NCBI GenBank assembly: GCA_964011675.1
Contig: CAXGPR010000008.1
Coordinates: 1,158 to 65,157 of the forward strand
Length of the DNA: 64,000 bases
Reading direction: 5' to 3'
Source: an uncultured bacterium
Lineage (GTDB): Bacteria; Latescibacterota; UBA2968; UBA8231
The position numbers were made by a program, and so were the translations under genes. Below the pieces are notes generated by a model. That model did not search any database and was not told where the DNA came from. It was given only the letters and a program-made list of their open reading frames with translations. Of this stretch, positions 1 to 9,379 are shown piece by piece. Numbering within the stretch: position 1 is the stretch's first letter; each line of letters starts with the position of its first letter.

Positions 1-202
1 GAGGCATTTCAATTTTACAGAGTACGTGCTCGTCATCACCCGGATTCCAAGGAGAGGGCTGAGGTGGCCGATCTGTATCGTATTCACCCCGTCGAACAGC
101 GTCCATTCCTGACCGGGCTCGATGTATGAGTCCTGAAGGAAATAAGGGTTCAGAGTGAACGAAGTATCCGTCACGGGCGTAGGCTGTGGCTTCCTCGCTC
201 AT
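1..202 (-). CDS. Phytanoyl-CoA dioxygenase (PhyH)-family protein, N-terminal part (runs off window)
   Basis: Hand translation from ATG at 202: MSEEATAYARDGYFVHSEPLFPSGLIHRARSGMDAVRRGEYDT...WNPGDDEHVLCKIEMP. The YxRDGY start is typical of PhyH. ATGA overlap with the upstream stop. Confidence 0.65.
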   Translation of the reverse strand, partial: MSEEATAYARDGYFVHSEPLFPSGLIHRARSGMDAVRRGEYDTDRPPQPSPWNPGDDEHVLCKIEMP

Positions 203-1305
203 GCGCGCACCTCCTGCACGTCAACCCATCGGCGCTCGTCGGCTGCCTGCAATATCGCATCTGCGACGGCCTGAGCACGCATGCCGTGATAAAATGAGGG
301 CATGCAGTCACGCTCCTCCCGTATGGCGCTGATAAATTCCCAGGCCTGATCGTAACGAAATGTACTAACCGGATCCCCCTCACTTGGATCGCGCGGTGAA
401 TGGGCTCGTTTGAGAAACTCTTCCGGAACGGGACGCACTTCATAGGGCGCTCCTCTTTGCCCAAATAGAATTTCGTGGGGAGTATGGAGCCGGTATACGA
501 CAGAGCCTTCCGTTCCATTAAGCTCAGCCTGATCGTGATCCCCCTCGGGCCCAAATCCCTTAGAAAGCTTACCCATCTCGAAAACACCTGTAGTACCACC
601 GGAAAAATCGACAATCCATGCGACCCAGTCTTCGACATCCTGAGGACGACAAGGAGCATCCTCAGCCGTCTGATCGCGCGGAACTAGCTGCTTAGACGAT
701 GCGCACAGAGAAAGGATCGGTCCGAGCAAATCTTCAGCAAAGTCAATCCGGTGTATGCCCATGTCTCCCAACTCACCCGACCCAGCCTGATCTTTGTACT
801 GGCGCCAACCGATTGCTTTTTCTCCCCAATCTTGCAACCGCTGAAAACGCGCGTGGCGAATTTGTCCTAGTTGTCCGCTATGAACGAGATGGCGAATATA
901 GTTAAGCGCCGGAACAAATCGATAGGTAAAGGCCGTCATATGACGCAACCCCGAACTCTTGGCTGCTTCGTAAATCAAGCGCGTCTCCGCATAATCCATC
1001 CCCAACGGTTTTTCACACATCACGTGACAACCCGCCTCGAGTGACTGAAAAATCAGCTCGCGGTGATGTATGTTGGGCGTTGCAATGGCTACGGCGTCGG
1101 GTTTGACCTCCTTGAGCATTTCTCCCAACTCTGCGTAACACGCATCAATGCCCCATTCAGCCTTTCGCACAGCGCGCAGCGTGTCGCTCGGTTCACACAG
1201 ACCCGCGACTTCAACCCCCGGTATGCGACTAAAACCCGGGTAGTGCACCGCATTACATACGCCGCCTACGCCCACCAAGCCTATGCGCAACACATCTTCG
1301 CTCAT
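199..1305 (-). CDS. Gfo/Idh/MocA family oxidoreductase
   Basis: Rossmann GLVGVGG, ATPN..H, CEKP and GELGDMGIHRID motifs. Confidence 0.93.
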   Translation of the reverse strand: MSEDVLRIGLVGVGGVCNAVHYPGFSRIPGVEVAGLCEPSDTLRAVRKAEWGIDACYAELGEMLKEVKPDAVAIATPNIHHRELIFQSLEAGCHVMCEKPLGMDYAETRLIYEAAKSSGLRHMTAFTYRFVPALNYIRHLVHSGQLGQIRHARFQRLQDWGEKAIGWRQYKDQAGSGELGDMGIHRIDFAEDLLGPILSLCASSKQLVPRDQTAEDAPCRPQDVEDWVAWIVDFSGGTTGVFEMGKLSKGFGPEGDHDQAELNGTEGSVVYRLHTPHEILFGQRGAPYEVRPVPEEFLKRAHSPRDPSEGDPVSTFRYDQAWEFISAIREERDCMPSFYHGMRAQAVADAILQAADERRWVDVQEVRA

Positions 1306-1316
1306 ACGTCTTCTCC

Positions 1317-2231
1317 CTATTGTGCAATAAGTGACTTTTCCACGTCCATTACTCGATCAATCATATCATTCAGACGTGGTAGATCGGAATCGGCCACGTC
1401 TTCTGCAAACGGCACGACGGGACCGCCTGCTAGACCCGCTCTCATCATAGCGGCGTGGAGCGCCGAACCGCTGTAGCGCGCCGCACGCTCACCACGCAGA
1501 TCTTCAAAGGGTACCATCACTTCCCGCAGTGCCTCGGCTCCGCTGCGATCACCTTCGGCAAAGCGGCGCAGGATAGCCAAGCTAGCACGGGGAGCAAAAT
1601 TTGCCATCCCCGAGCTAAATCCGACGGCTCCGGCCGCCAAATACTCAATGGCCGGGTCTTCGGCCATACCACATATCATGGCCGCCTGCTTTCCGCAGCC
1701 ATCGTTTATACGATCGAACGCCTCTAAGTCGTCAACGGCATACTTTAAACCAACAACTTCGTCTATAGAGCACAGGCGAATCATCTGGTCTACAGGCATG
1801 ATGTCCAAGCGGCGCTGATATAGAACAATGGGAAGCTGGGCACCCTTCGCGATCTGCCGCACACCCTCTTCCACGCCGTTGGCCGAGGCCGGCCCAACGA
1901 CCGGCATCACCATCGCACCGGCAACCCCCAGTGCTCTAGCTATATGAGCCATTTCCATGGAACGACCAAAACCGGGGCCAATACCAGGCACTATCATCGC
2001 ACGACCAGCTGCTGCATCGACAAAAGCACCTACAGCAGCCTCATATTCTGCAAGCGTCGCATCATACACCAACCCCGTGCCGCACATGGGCATAATAAAA
2101 TTCGCCCCCGCATCGATTAAATAGCAGACATTCCGGGCAGCTCCCTCAACGTCGACTTGGCCATCTTCACGACGAGGCGTTATAGCAACAACCAACACAT
2201 TGGCGCAGTGCGCCATTGTCAATCCACTCAT
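1317..2231 (-). CDS. Dihydrodipicolinate synthase family lyase (KDG-dehydratase-like)
   Basis: ITP..DG.VD, CGTG, LYQR and Schiff-base GLKYA motifs. Confidence 0.88.
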   Translation of the reverse strand: MSGLTMAHCANVLVVAITPRREDGQVDVEGAARNVCYLIDAGANFIMPMCGTGLVYDATLAEYEAAVGAFVDAAAGRAMIVPGIGPGFGRSMEMAHIARALGVAGAMVMPVVGPASANGVEEGVRQIAKGAQLPIVLYQRRLDIMPVDQMIRLCSIDEVVGLKYAVDDLEAFDRINDGCGKQAAMICGMAEDPAIEYLAAGAVGFSSGMANFAPRASLAILRRFAEGDRSGAEALREVMVPFEDLRGERAARYSGSALHAAMMRAGLAGGPVVPFAEDVADSDLPRLNDMIDRVMDVEKSLIAQ

Positions 2232-2262
2232 GCCTACTCATTTCTTTTTTTAAACTCAGGGC

Positions 2263-2633
2263 TCATTTCCAAACAGCGTCTTTCCCCGTTTTAGCATGAC
2301 GGTTATATCACTCTTCATAGTCTTCACGCGGCGGGGAAAATATGCCCAAGACCTTGGTAGGGCTTTCTTCAACCACGCCCCAATGCACGAAATTGGATGA
2401 TATAAAAAACGAATCACCAGAACCGGTTATGCTCTCCTCTTCACCAATGCGAAAACTAGACTACCGGCGAACACAAGGCCCGCCTATTCGTGAGGATCGA
2501 TATGCTCGACCACTTTTGCTCCTTGCTCCATCTCCAAAAAGGAAAGCATCAGCTTATCTCCACTAGCAAGCGCACCTGTTATACGTGGGAAAGGTTCCAA
2601 GCGAAAAAGGTCACCTGGATTCACAAATGGCAT
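2263..2633 (-). pseudogene. Decayed cupin (KdgF-like) gene
   Basis: Hand translation MPFVNPGDLF...EHIDPHE*AGLVFAGSL / FRIGEEE...GDSFFISSNFVHWG...GIFSPPREDYEE*. In-frame TAG at 2484-2486, frameshift near 2455, TGA at 2308-2310. RBS AAGGA is still present. Confidence 0.85.
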
Positions 2634-2643
2634 ATATAGTCCT

Positions 2644-3975
2644 TTATCGAACAAACGTTTTTAACCATGCATTGCCGTGGTAGCGAGGCCAAAGCGTCGC
2701 AAAACGCCCTAACATAAGTCCATTATATGCTAACCAAACCCCCTCCATTTCCCAGCCTAAAAAATAAACAAATAGAATTGCCAAAGGTAGAAAAAACAGG
2801 AACGTTGCCGCGGCCATCGCGGCAAATAGATAGCCCATATCATTAGCACCAATAAAAATGCCATCCAGAACAAAGACAACGGCGTTCAACGGTTGCACTA
2901 GCGCGACGACCCAGCGCAATTGTCCGACCGTAGCTACCACTTCAGCATGCTCTGTAAGAAATCCTGCCAGGGCTTCAAGACCCAGAAGAAAAACCAGGCC
3001 AAAAGAGAACCCAATTCCTATCCCCCAGCGGATAATCCGTCCCGCCATTTGCCTAGCTTCAGCATAGCGGCGTTCGCCAAGCAGGTTGCCAACAAGCGTT
3101 TCGGCCGCATGGGCAAATCCATCGACGGCGAAGCTACTCAACCCCCACAGCTGCCAGAGAACAGCATTGGCCGCCAGCGGCACATCACCAAGCCGGGAAA
3201 CAATGGCTAGCATAGTGAATTGCGCAAACTGAAGGGATATAGTGCGACCAAAGAGATTGACATTGGTCCGCAAAATAAGAGCGAACTGACCGCGCCGCCA
3301 CAGCCCCTCAAGAGAGCGACGCCAAAAATCTGTATACTGTAATAAAAAGACGACTAATCCCACGAAGAGAGCCGCTAGGTTACCCAATACAGAAGCCCAT
3401 GCAGCTCCCAATACACCCATCTCTGGTGCCCCCCAATGGCCGTAAATCAACGCATAATCCCCGAGAAGGTTAACGAGATTGGCGGTAAAAGTCACAAAGA
3501 GCGGCGCTATGGCATTAGCCGTACCAAGAAAAAACCCATTGAGGGTCAAAACGGCGAGTACGAGTGGGGCTTCGTAGAGGCGGACGGAAAAGTATTGCAT
3601 ACCCCAGTGCTGCACGGAATCGCTCCCACCCGCTACGGAAAAGCCATATGGAGCGGCTACATCTCCCAGAGCGACCATACCGGCCGATAGACCCATAGCA
3701 AGGATCAGCGACCGGTAGAGGATATGTACGCAGGCACGCTTTTTATCCGCCCCGTAAAACTGCGAAACCATGGAAGTAGTGCCCATACGCAGAAATCCCA
3801 TGCTCCAATAAAGTATGCTAAAGAGCACGCCGGCCGTTGAGACCGCACCTAAATAGGCGACCTCGGATAAATGACCGATCATCGCCGTGTCTGCTATGCC
3901 TATAAGCGGAGCAGACAAGGCTGACAGGACGCTAGGTACGGCTAAACGGAAGATGCGCCGATCTAGGCTATTCAC
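2644..3975 (-). CDS. MATE family efflux transporter (DinF-like)
   Basis: LAVP..LS..SAPLIGIADTAMIGHL, GFLRMGTT, ~12 TM segments. A GTG start at 3975 gives a GTGA overlap. Confidence 0.92.
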   Translation of the reverse strand: MNSLDRRIFRLAVPSVLSALSAPLIGIADTAMIGHLSEVAYLGAVSTAGVLFSILYWSMGFLRMGTTSMVSQFYGADKKRACVHILYRSLILAMGLSAGMVALGDVAAPYGFSVAGGSDSVQHWGMQYFSVRLYEAPLVLAVLTLNGFFLGTANAIAPLFVTFTANLVNLLGDYALIYGHWGAPEMGVLGAAWASVLGNLAALFVGLVVFLLQYTDFWRRSLEGLWRRGQFALILRTNVNLFGRTISLQFAQFTMLAIVSRLGDVPLAANAVLWQLWGLSSFAVDGFAHAAETLVGNLLGERRYAEARQMAGRIIRWGIGIGFSFGLVFLLGLEALAGFLTEHAEVVATVGQLRWVVALVQPLNAVVFVLDGIFIGANDMGYLFAAMAAATFLFFLPLAILFVYFLGWEMEGVWLAYNGLMLGRFATLWPRYHGNAWLKTFVR

Positions 3976-4283
3976 GCCCCATTTTCCTCGGGCATCCAAC
4001 GATAGACCTGTAAATCAACGCGTCCCTCGCAAAAGAGCACTCCTTCCGCTACTAGCATGTCACGCTGCATGCGGTGAAATTCGCTTGCAGTGCGCGGAGA
4101 GACCTTTCCCTGTGCGTTAATTACGCGATGCCAAGGCAGGTCTAGTCCATCAGGCATACCCGCAAGCGCATAGCCAACCTGCCTTGCCCTACCGGGATAC
4201 CCCGCCAGTTGAGCAATCTGTCCATACGTCGCAACTTCACCACGTGGTATTTGCGCGATAACGGAATAGAACGCTCGCCTCAT
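3972..4283 (-). CDS. Alkyltransferase-like (ATL, YbaZ-type) MGMT-family protein
   Basis: IPRGEVATYGQIA...ARQVG...LPWHRVINAQG. PWHRV (Trp in place of the catalytic Cys) marks an ATL protein. Confidence 0.92.
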   Translation of the reverse strand: MRRAFYSVIAQIPRGEVATYGQIAQLAGYPGRARQVGYALAGMPDGLDLPWHRVINAQGKVSPRTASEFHRMQRDMLVAEGVLFCEGRVDLQVYRWMPEENGA

Positions 4284-4290
4284 TTCATTT

Positions 4291-4548
4291 CTAACAGTTT
4301 GGGGCACCGCTCTCGTCTTGCCCTTCGAGAAAATCCAACGCCTTGGTATAACTGCGACGTTCGATGTAGTGACGCAACATGGGCGGTGCCTCTTCGAATA
4401 CATCCTGACCGCGTTGATGCACATTGAGTACAAGCTCAGCAATATTATCGCCTCCGGACTCAATAGCAGATAGCATCTCCTTCAGTGCGTTCCGCAGATG
4501 CTTTGCAGATTCTTCATACGTCGATTCCAACGGATTCTCCTTAGGCAC
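4291..4548 (-). CDS. Small helical hypothetical protein
   Basis: 85-aa ORF packed between co-oriented genes; C-terminal LRHYIERRSYTKALDFL motif. Confidence 0.7.
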   Translation of the reverse strand: MPKENPLESTYEESAKHLRNALKEMLSAIESGGDNIAELVLNVHQRGQDVFEEAPPMLRHYIERRSYTKALDFLEGQDESGAPNC

Positions 4549-5272
4549 TCATGATGAGGTACGACATCCACGCGTCCCCCTCGTTTATTATGTGATACGC
4601 ATGCCCAGCCGGAACATGCACCATATCTCCCTCGACAAAAGGTTGCTGACCATCTGCATCTACTAGCACAGAGACATTTTCTATCCCGTAAAAAACTTGT
4701 TCATACGTTTCACAGCGGTCGGCGGACCGTCCACCTGGCTGCACGCTTTCTCGTTCAATGCCTTTCATCGAGCGTAGGAACCCAATGCCCTCTTCACCAA
4801 GCTGTCCGAACTGACGCCATCGAACGGCTCCGCTACCGTCCCCTACGGGCTGCACGTCGGACCAGTGTGAGATGGAAAAATCGCCTCCAGGCCCCTCTAC
4901 CGATTGGCTGATAACGTGGTGGACTAGCCAATCGTCATTCATATCGTTGAACATCTGGTGATAAACACCGGCCGGCAAATAAATCGCATCGCCCTCACGC
5001 ACGGGGTAGCGCTCTTCACCAAAGAGCACTTCTCCCTCTCCCGCGAGTATATAATAGACCTGCTCTAAGTTGTCGTGCTTGTGATGGTCTGACGTTTTAC
5101 GACCCTGAAGCGCATGACGGGCAAAACCACCAAGAACTTCAAGACAATTCCGCGTATCGGGATCGTTATCGCATTCCCTGTCGCGTAGGCCGCCCCAGTG
5201 CACTGCGCTCAAGTGGGCTATTTTCGGCTGCACATCTCGCCAGTTTATACGGTATGCCATACTCAACTCCAT
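4541..5272 (-). CDS. Bicupin (two cupin domains) protein
   Basis: HKHDNLEQVYYILAGEG...GDAIYLPAGVYH and a second repeat YEQVFY...GDMVHVPAGHAYH. Confidence 0.88.
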   Translation of the reverse strand: MELSMAYRINWRDVQPKIAHLSAVHWGGLRDRECDNDPDTRNCLEVLGGFARHALQGRKTSDHHKHDNLEQVYYILAGEGEVLFGEERYPVREGDAIYLPAGVYHQMFNDMNDDWLVHHVISQSVEGPGGDFSISHWSDVQPVGDGSGAVRWRQFGQLGEEGIGFLRSMKGIERESVQPGGRSADRCETYEQVFYGIENVSVLVDADGQQPFVEGDMVHVPAGHAYHIINEGDAWMSYLIMSA

Positions 5273-5423
5273 CTTTTATTGCTACGGTAGGGCGTATGCA
5301 CTCTTAGCCCTATCCACTGTGCTGGGGTGTCCCTTACCCTTGGTGGAACGCAGACGGACTGCGCCCCTGTGAGGGCAAAACTTACATTAGTCCCAAGCCC
5401 AAGTCCAGCATAGGCGGGCTCCA

Positions 5424-5815
5424 CTACTCGGTGGCCTGGAGGTATAGAATAACCGACAAGGCGCCGTTAAATACCGCACCGGTCAGAGTGCGCCAGGCCA
5501 AGACGCCAAAGTAGTGTAGGCCTTGGAACATGGCGCGCGCGCTGTGGAACATAACCGCTACTGCCAGAGCCAAAAAGAGCGGTAAAGGCCACATAAAAAA
5601 AGGACACAGCTCACGACGCCCAGCGTCAAAACATAATTGGCCCCATAACCCCTCTCTTTCACGAGATGAGTCTCATCGGCTCGTTTCTGTCCATCCATTT
5701 CTTTCACCTCTGCATCTGTCGATGTATTTTCGGGTCTTGCCATAAAACGCGCAACCCATACAAACATCCTGATCAGCACGGTAAAACCAACTACCAACAC
5801 ACCCATTACCACCAC
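5424..5815 (-). pseudogene. Membrane protein interrupted by a frameshift in a T7 homopolymer (or sequencing error)
   Basis: ORF 5558-5815 ends soon after a T7 run (A7 at 5595-5601). One extra T gives a continuous hydrophobic reading VLFFMWPLPLFLALAVAVMFHSARAMFQGLHYFGVLAWRTLTGAVFNGALSVILYLQATE* ending at 5424. Confidence 0.55.
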
Positions 5816-5938
5816 GGAATACCATGGAATTACACCGTTTTTTTTAGCCGCCGACTATGCTTCTACGGTTTGTATATATCCCAACTCGGCCCTATCTTCA
5901 CATCGACTATAGACCAAACCTTACGGAGGAAATATACT

Positions 5939-6868
5939 ATGGGAAAACGGAAATCGGCCGCCAATAAAAAAGACTTCAAAATAGGCGTAGTCGGCGTCGG
6001 TCGCATGGGAGCGAATATGGCCCGCAACCTCGCAGACAAGCGCTTTACTATCAGTGCGGTATACGACGCGTATCCACGCAGCGCCAAAGCGCTCGCAAAA
6101 GAGCTCAATTGTCGGGCAGCTAAAACACTGGCAGAGGTTACAGCTCTGTCAGACGTCGTGTTGACTGTAGTGACAGACGACGCGTCCATGCGGTCTATTT
6201 TCTCGACGCGCGGTGACTCCCTGCTGACCGAAGCCAAGGGCACGGTCTTTATCAACTGCGCCACCATCTCACCTGCCACGCACGTAGAAGTTGAAAAACG
6301 AGCCGAAAAAGTCGGTGCCTCTTCACTGGAAGGGTGTATGGCTTCGAGCATAACGCAGGCTCGTAAGGGTACGCTCTACCTGATGTGCGGTGGCAAACGC
6401 AGCGTATTTAGTAAAGTGCGTCCCATTTTAGATGCGCTCAGCGTGGATCTCCGCTATATCGGGACAGCGGGACAGGCCGCTCAGGTAAAAGCCCTGGTAA
6501 ACATGGTGATGAATATCAACACGGCAGGCCTAGCAGAAGGCTTGGGCCTGGGCGAGGCCCTCGGCATCGACCTCAAGGTTCTCATGAAAGTCTTCTCGCA
6601 AACAGGAGCTAACTCGCGAGTTCTCGAAACTGACGGGGACGATATGGTCGCCCGCGATCACGAATGCTACTTTTCTGCGGCACACGCGGCTAAGGACTCC
6701 GGCATTGCCCTCGGCTTGGCAAAGGACGCAGGCGTAAACGCCCCGTTGGCATCAGCGGCTAAAGGCCAGTTTGATCGCCTTAAAAGAATCGGACTGGGCG
6801 AATTAGACAAATCCGGTGTAGCCGAATTGACGTTTCCCGGCCGCAAGGGCACCAAGAAAAAATCGTAG
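5939..6868 (+). CDS. NAD(P)-dependent beta-hydroxyacid dehydrogenase (3-hydroxyisobutyrate DH family)
   Basis: GVVGVGRMGANMARNL, GTLYLMCGG, catalytic KALVN; GGAGG RBS before ATG 5939. Confidence 0.92.
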   Translation: MGKRKSAANKKDFKIGVVGVGRMGANMARNLADKRFTISAVYDAYPRSAKALAKELNCRAAKTLAEVTALSDVVLTVVTDDASMRSIFSTRGDSLLTEAKGTVFINCATISPATHVEVEKRAEKVGASSLEGCMASSITQARKGTLYLMCGGKRSVFSKVRPILDALSVDLRYIGTAGQAAQVKALVNMVMNINTAGLAEGLGLGEALGIDLKVLMKVFSQTGANSRVLETDGDDMVARDHECYFSAAHAAKDSGIALGLAKDAGVNAPLASAAKGQFDRLKRIGLGELDKSGVAELTFPGRKGTKKKS

Positions 6869-6887
6869 GTTTGTCATTAGAGCCGAA

Positions 6888-6919
6888 GGGGTTGGGCGCG
6901 CGTTTCCATGCCCAACCCC
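6888..6919. terminator. Stem-loop between convergent genes (possible bidirectional terminator)
   Basis: GGGGTTGGGC / GCCCAACCCC 10-bp inverted repeat. Confidence 0.65.
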
Positions 6920-6931
6920 CATTTGCCACCG

Positions 6932-8218
6932 TCAACTTCTAAGCAAAGAACGAACTCGTTCTCTAATAGACTTACCCACGCGCCTTTGCCTGGCACTTTC
7001 CCCCTGCAAAACCAATCCCCTCATAGCCCAGCGCGTCCAAAAAGCAACGCCCACAAACAGCAGGGCCGTTGCGTAGAACACGCTGCGAAATCCCGTAGTT
7101 GATCCGATGTATCCTCCAATCGAAGGCCCTAGTGCCCAGCCGAGTGCCGATGCGCTGGTCATGATACCGAACGCCTTCCCTCGATCCTCTTCTACAACGA
7201 TAAACGTCGTAATCGTATTGGCCACGGGACGAACCGCACCCGTCGCTAAGCCTCCCATGACCTGTAGAGCGGCAAAAACCATTACGCTTTCGGCACTGCC
7301 CTGACAGGCTAAGAACAGCGCCGTAGCAACCAGCCCCACAAAAAGCATGCGCTTAACGCCTATCCGCTCAGTCCATCCACCCAAGACAGCTGAAGACAGC
7401 GCTCCCGTCAGACTCATAAGTGAAAATATAAAGCCCGCCTCTGTTATTATTTCTGCATGTCCGGCTAGCTGCTGTAGAAAAAGAGGCACCACGGGCATGA
7501 TAACGCCGTAGGCAAACTGAATAAGAACCAGACTTACAATAGTAATTAAAAAGGGCTTAATTTGGAGCAGGCGCTTGGTGTCAGCAATAAAGTCATCCGT
7601 ACTACTTTTGGAAGCTGATGCACTTTTTTCCCCTGATTTATTTTTGGTAAATTCCTCGCTCACCAGCAATTGGACAGCTAAGCCAGCGACCACAACCATC
7701 GCACCCGACACCAAGAAAATAGCCTCGTATCCATAAGCCTCAATAAAGGGCCCGCCGGCGAGGGGTCCCAAAGCCGCTCCGAGCAGAAAAGCGCCTTGCA
7801 TCATACCCATAGCATAGCCCAAATGCTGCTTGGGCGTAGTCGTCGAAACCATCGTAATGCAAGCCGTTACGGTACCAGCCAAAGCCCCCTGCAGCATACG
7901 AGCAACGAGCAACTCTGTCACACTGTCGGCATAAGCCATAAAGAAGACGGTCAGGCCTCCACCCACCATAGAGCGCACGACCATGCTCTTGCGTCCAAAC
8001 CGGTCGGCCACAGCGCCCCATACAGGAGCTGATAGTGCCATGGCGAACCCGGCAACCGAACCCATATATCCAGACCACAGGAGCGCTTCCTCAAGATTTT
8101 CTACGTCAAACTCTTGTATGTAATAGGCGAGAAAAGGCTGCACGGAGTGAAAGCCGATAATGGCAAAGAGTTCGGCACACCACAGTGTGTAAAAGTTTCT
8201 CTTCCAAGAAGTTTCCAT
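6932..8218 (-). CDS. MFS transporter (DHA1/MdtG-like)
   Basis: WKRN start, motif A WGAVADRFGRKSMVVR, ARMLQG, 12 TM segments. Confidence 0.92.
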   Translation of the reverse strand: METSWKRNFYTLWCAELFAIIGFHSVQPFLAYYIQEFDVENLEEALLWSGYMGSVAGFAMALSAPVWGAVADRFGRKSMVVRSMVGGGLTVFFMAYADSVTELLVARMLQGALAGTVTACITMVSTTTPKQHLGYAMGMMQGAFLLGAALGPLAGGPFIEAYGYEAIFLVSGAMVVVAGLAVQLLVSEEFTKNKSGEKSASASKSSTDDFIADTKRLLQIKPFLITIVSLVLIQFAYGVIMPVVPLFLQQLAGHAEIITEAGFIFSLMSLTGALSSAVLGGWTERIGVKRMLFVGLVATALFLACQGSAESVMVFAALQVMGGLATGAVRPVANTITTFIVVEEDRGKAFGIMTSASALGWALGPSIGGYIGSTTGFRSVFYATALLFVGVAFWTRWAMRGLVLQGESARQRRVGKSIRERVRSLLRS

Positions 8219-8274
8219 GAGGTATAAAGAAAGCCCCTTACGTGAAACAAGCCAACCTTCTCCTGTTGACACAC

Positions 8275-8306
8275 AAAAAAACCGGAGACGCGGTATGCGC
8301 CTCCGG
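8275..8306 (-). terminator. Rho-independent terminator
   Basis: CCGGAGGCGC-ATACC-GCGTCTCCGG followed by T7 on the minus strand, just downstream of the stop at 8342. Confidence 0.8.
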
Positions 8307-8341
8307 CCCGTTTGTCGCCCTCAAGGGCTGCCGTTATATAT

Positions 8342-9367
8342 CTACTCGCTAAGCCACGCTACTGCTGCAGCTCGTCGAGCCACGGGTGTGTCTGCCGAAG
8401 CTGGCAGTTTGAGCAGTTCCCAAGCGATGGGGTGCTCTAGCGTCTCTCCGACTTCCAGAAATACCCAAGGGCTGAGCAGTTCCAGCTCCGTGTAGTCGGG
8501 ACAGGTGTATACCTCTGCACTCAGCCCACCGTCTGGGTAGCGCTGCGTCGCATCGCGGCGAAAAAACTCCGCCATGACTACATCGCCTACAATACCAGCG
8601 AGCCAGCGATCGGAGTCCGCCCCTGTTTTCTGGTTTTCCTCCGCATCTGGGACAAAGATCCCTATATCACCTTGGATTGTGAAGTTGCGCACTGCAGCGC
8701 TGTGTGCAAAGCCAAAGGGAAAATAGCGCATATCAAAATGACTGTGCGGATTGAGTGGATACAACGTCTGCTCAGGCGGATTAATCTGCGTGACGTTCCA
8801 GATCGTGTAGCGCAGTGGCTCCAACTCCTCGCGCTGTGCCATCTGGACCTTTACGATTTTTTGATGGATTTCAACACGCGTTCCCTCTGTGGCTAGACGG
8901 ATGGTGCGAATGCTTCGAGCCCCGTTATACAGGCTGACGGGACTAGTGATAATAACACCGTCCTCGAGCAACTCCACGTCGTGCACGCCTCCATCAAAGG
9001 CGTGATCTGGTGGCCAAGAATAGCCGTTAATATCCGCAAATTCACTCTGTTGGTTGGGCCAAACTTTGTCCCCGCCAAAGTTTGTCCAAGCGTACGCTCC
9101 TTCCTCGTCTACGACGGGTTTACCATCGGGCAGGACTGTCCCGTGCGTCTCCGGATCCGACCAGAGAATATTTTCATCTCCTATGAATCCGTAGTGCATA
9201 ATCCGTCCTATTTGCGGCACAACAACTAGTTCAACCTCGCCGTTGCTCAGGTAGACCGCGTCGGTCCACCCCTTGTATTCTACTCGTTCAATGGCAACCG
9301 AAGCGAATGAGGCTACAACCCAGCTACAAGCTAAATACAGCGCTATGACAACCCTGCGTGCGTTCAT
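8342..9367 (-). CDS. Secreted DUF4380-like / mutarotase-fold protein
   Basis: N-terminal signal peptide; YKGW...LSNGEVELVVVPQIGRIM and NFGGDKVWP motifs. Confidence 0.65.
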   Translation of the reverse strand: MNARRVVIALYLACSWVVASFASVAIERVEYKGWTDAVYLSNGEVELVVVPQIGRIMHYGFIGDENILWSDPETHGTVLPDGKPVVDEEGAYAWTNFGGDKVWPNQQSEFADINGYSWPPDHAFDGGVHDVELLEDGVIITSPVSLYNGARSIRTIRLATEGTRVEIHQKIVKVQMAQREELEPLRYTIWNVTQINPPEQTLYPLNPHSHFDMRYFPFGFAHSAAVRNFTIQGDIGIFVPDAEENQKTGADSDRWLAGIVGDVVMAEFFRRDATQRYPDGGLSAEVYTCPDYTELELLSPWVFLEVGETLEHPIAWELLKLPASADTPVARRAAAVAWLSE

Positions 9368-9379
9368 ATGTATTCGCTC

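Noticed and set aside
5666-5938. 91-codon N-terminal extension of the dehydrogenase in the ORF track
   Set aside because: A GGAGG RBS precedes ATG 5939 and the Rossmann motif follows shortly; the extension overlaps an opposite-strand ORF.
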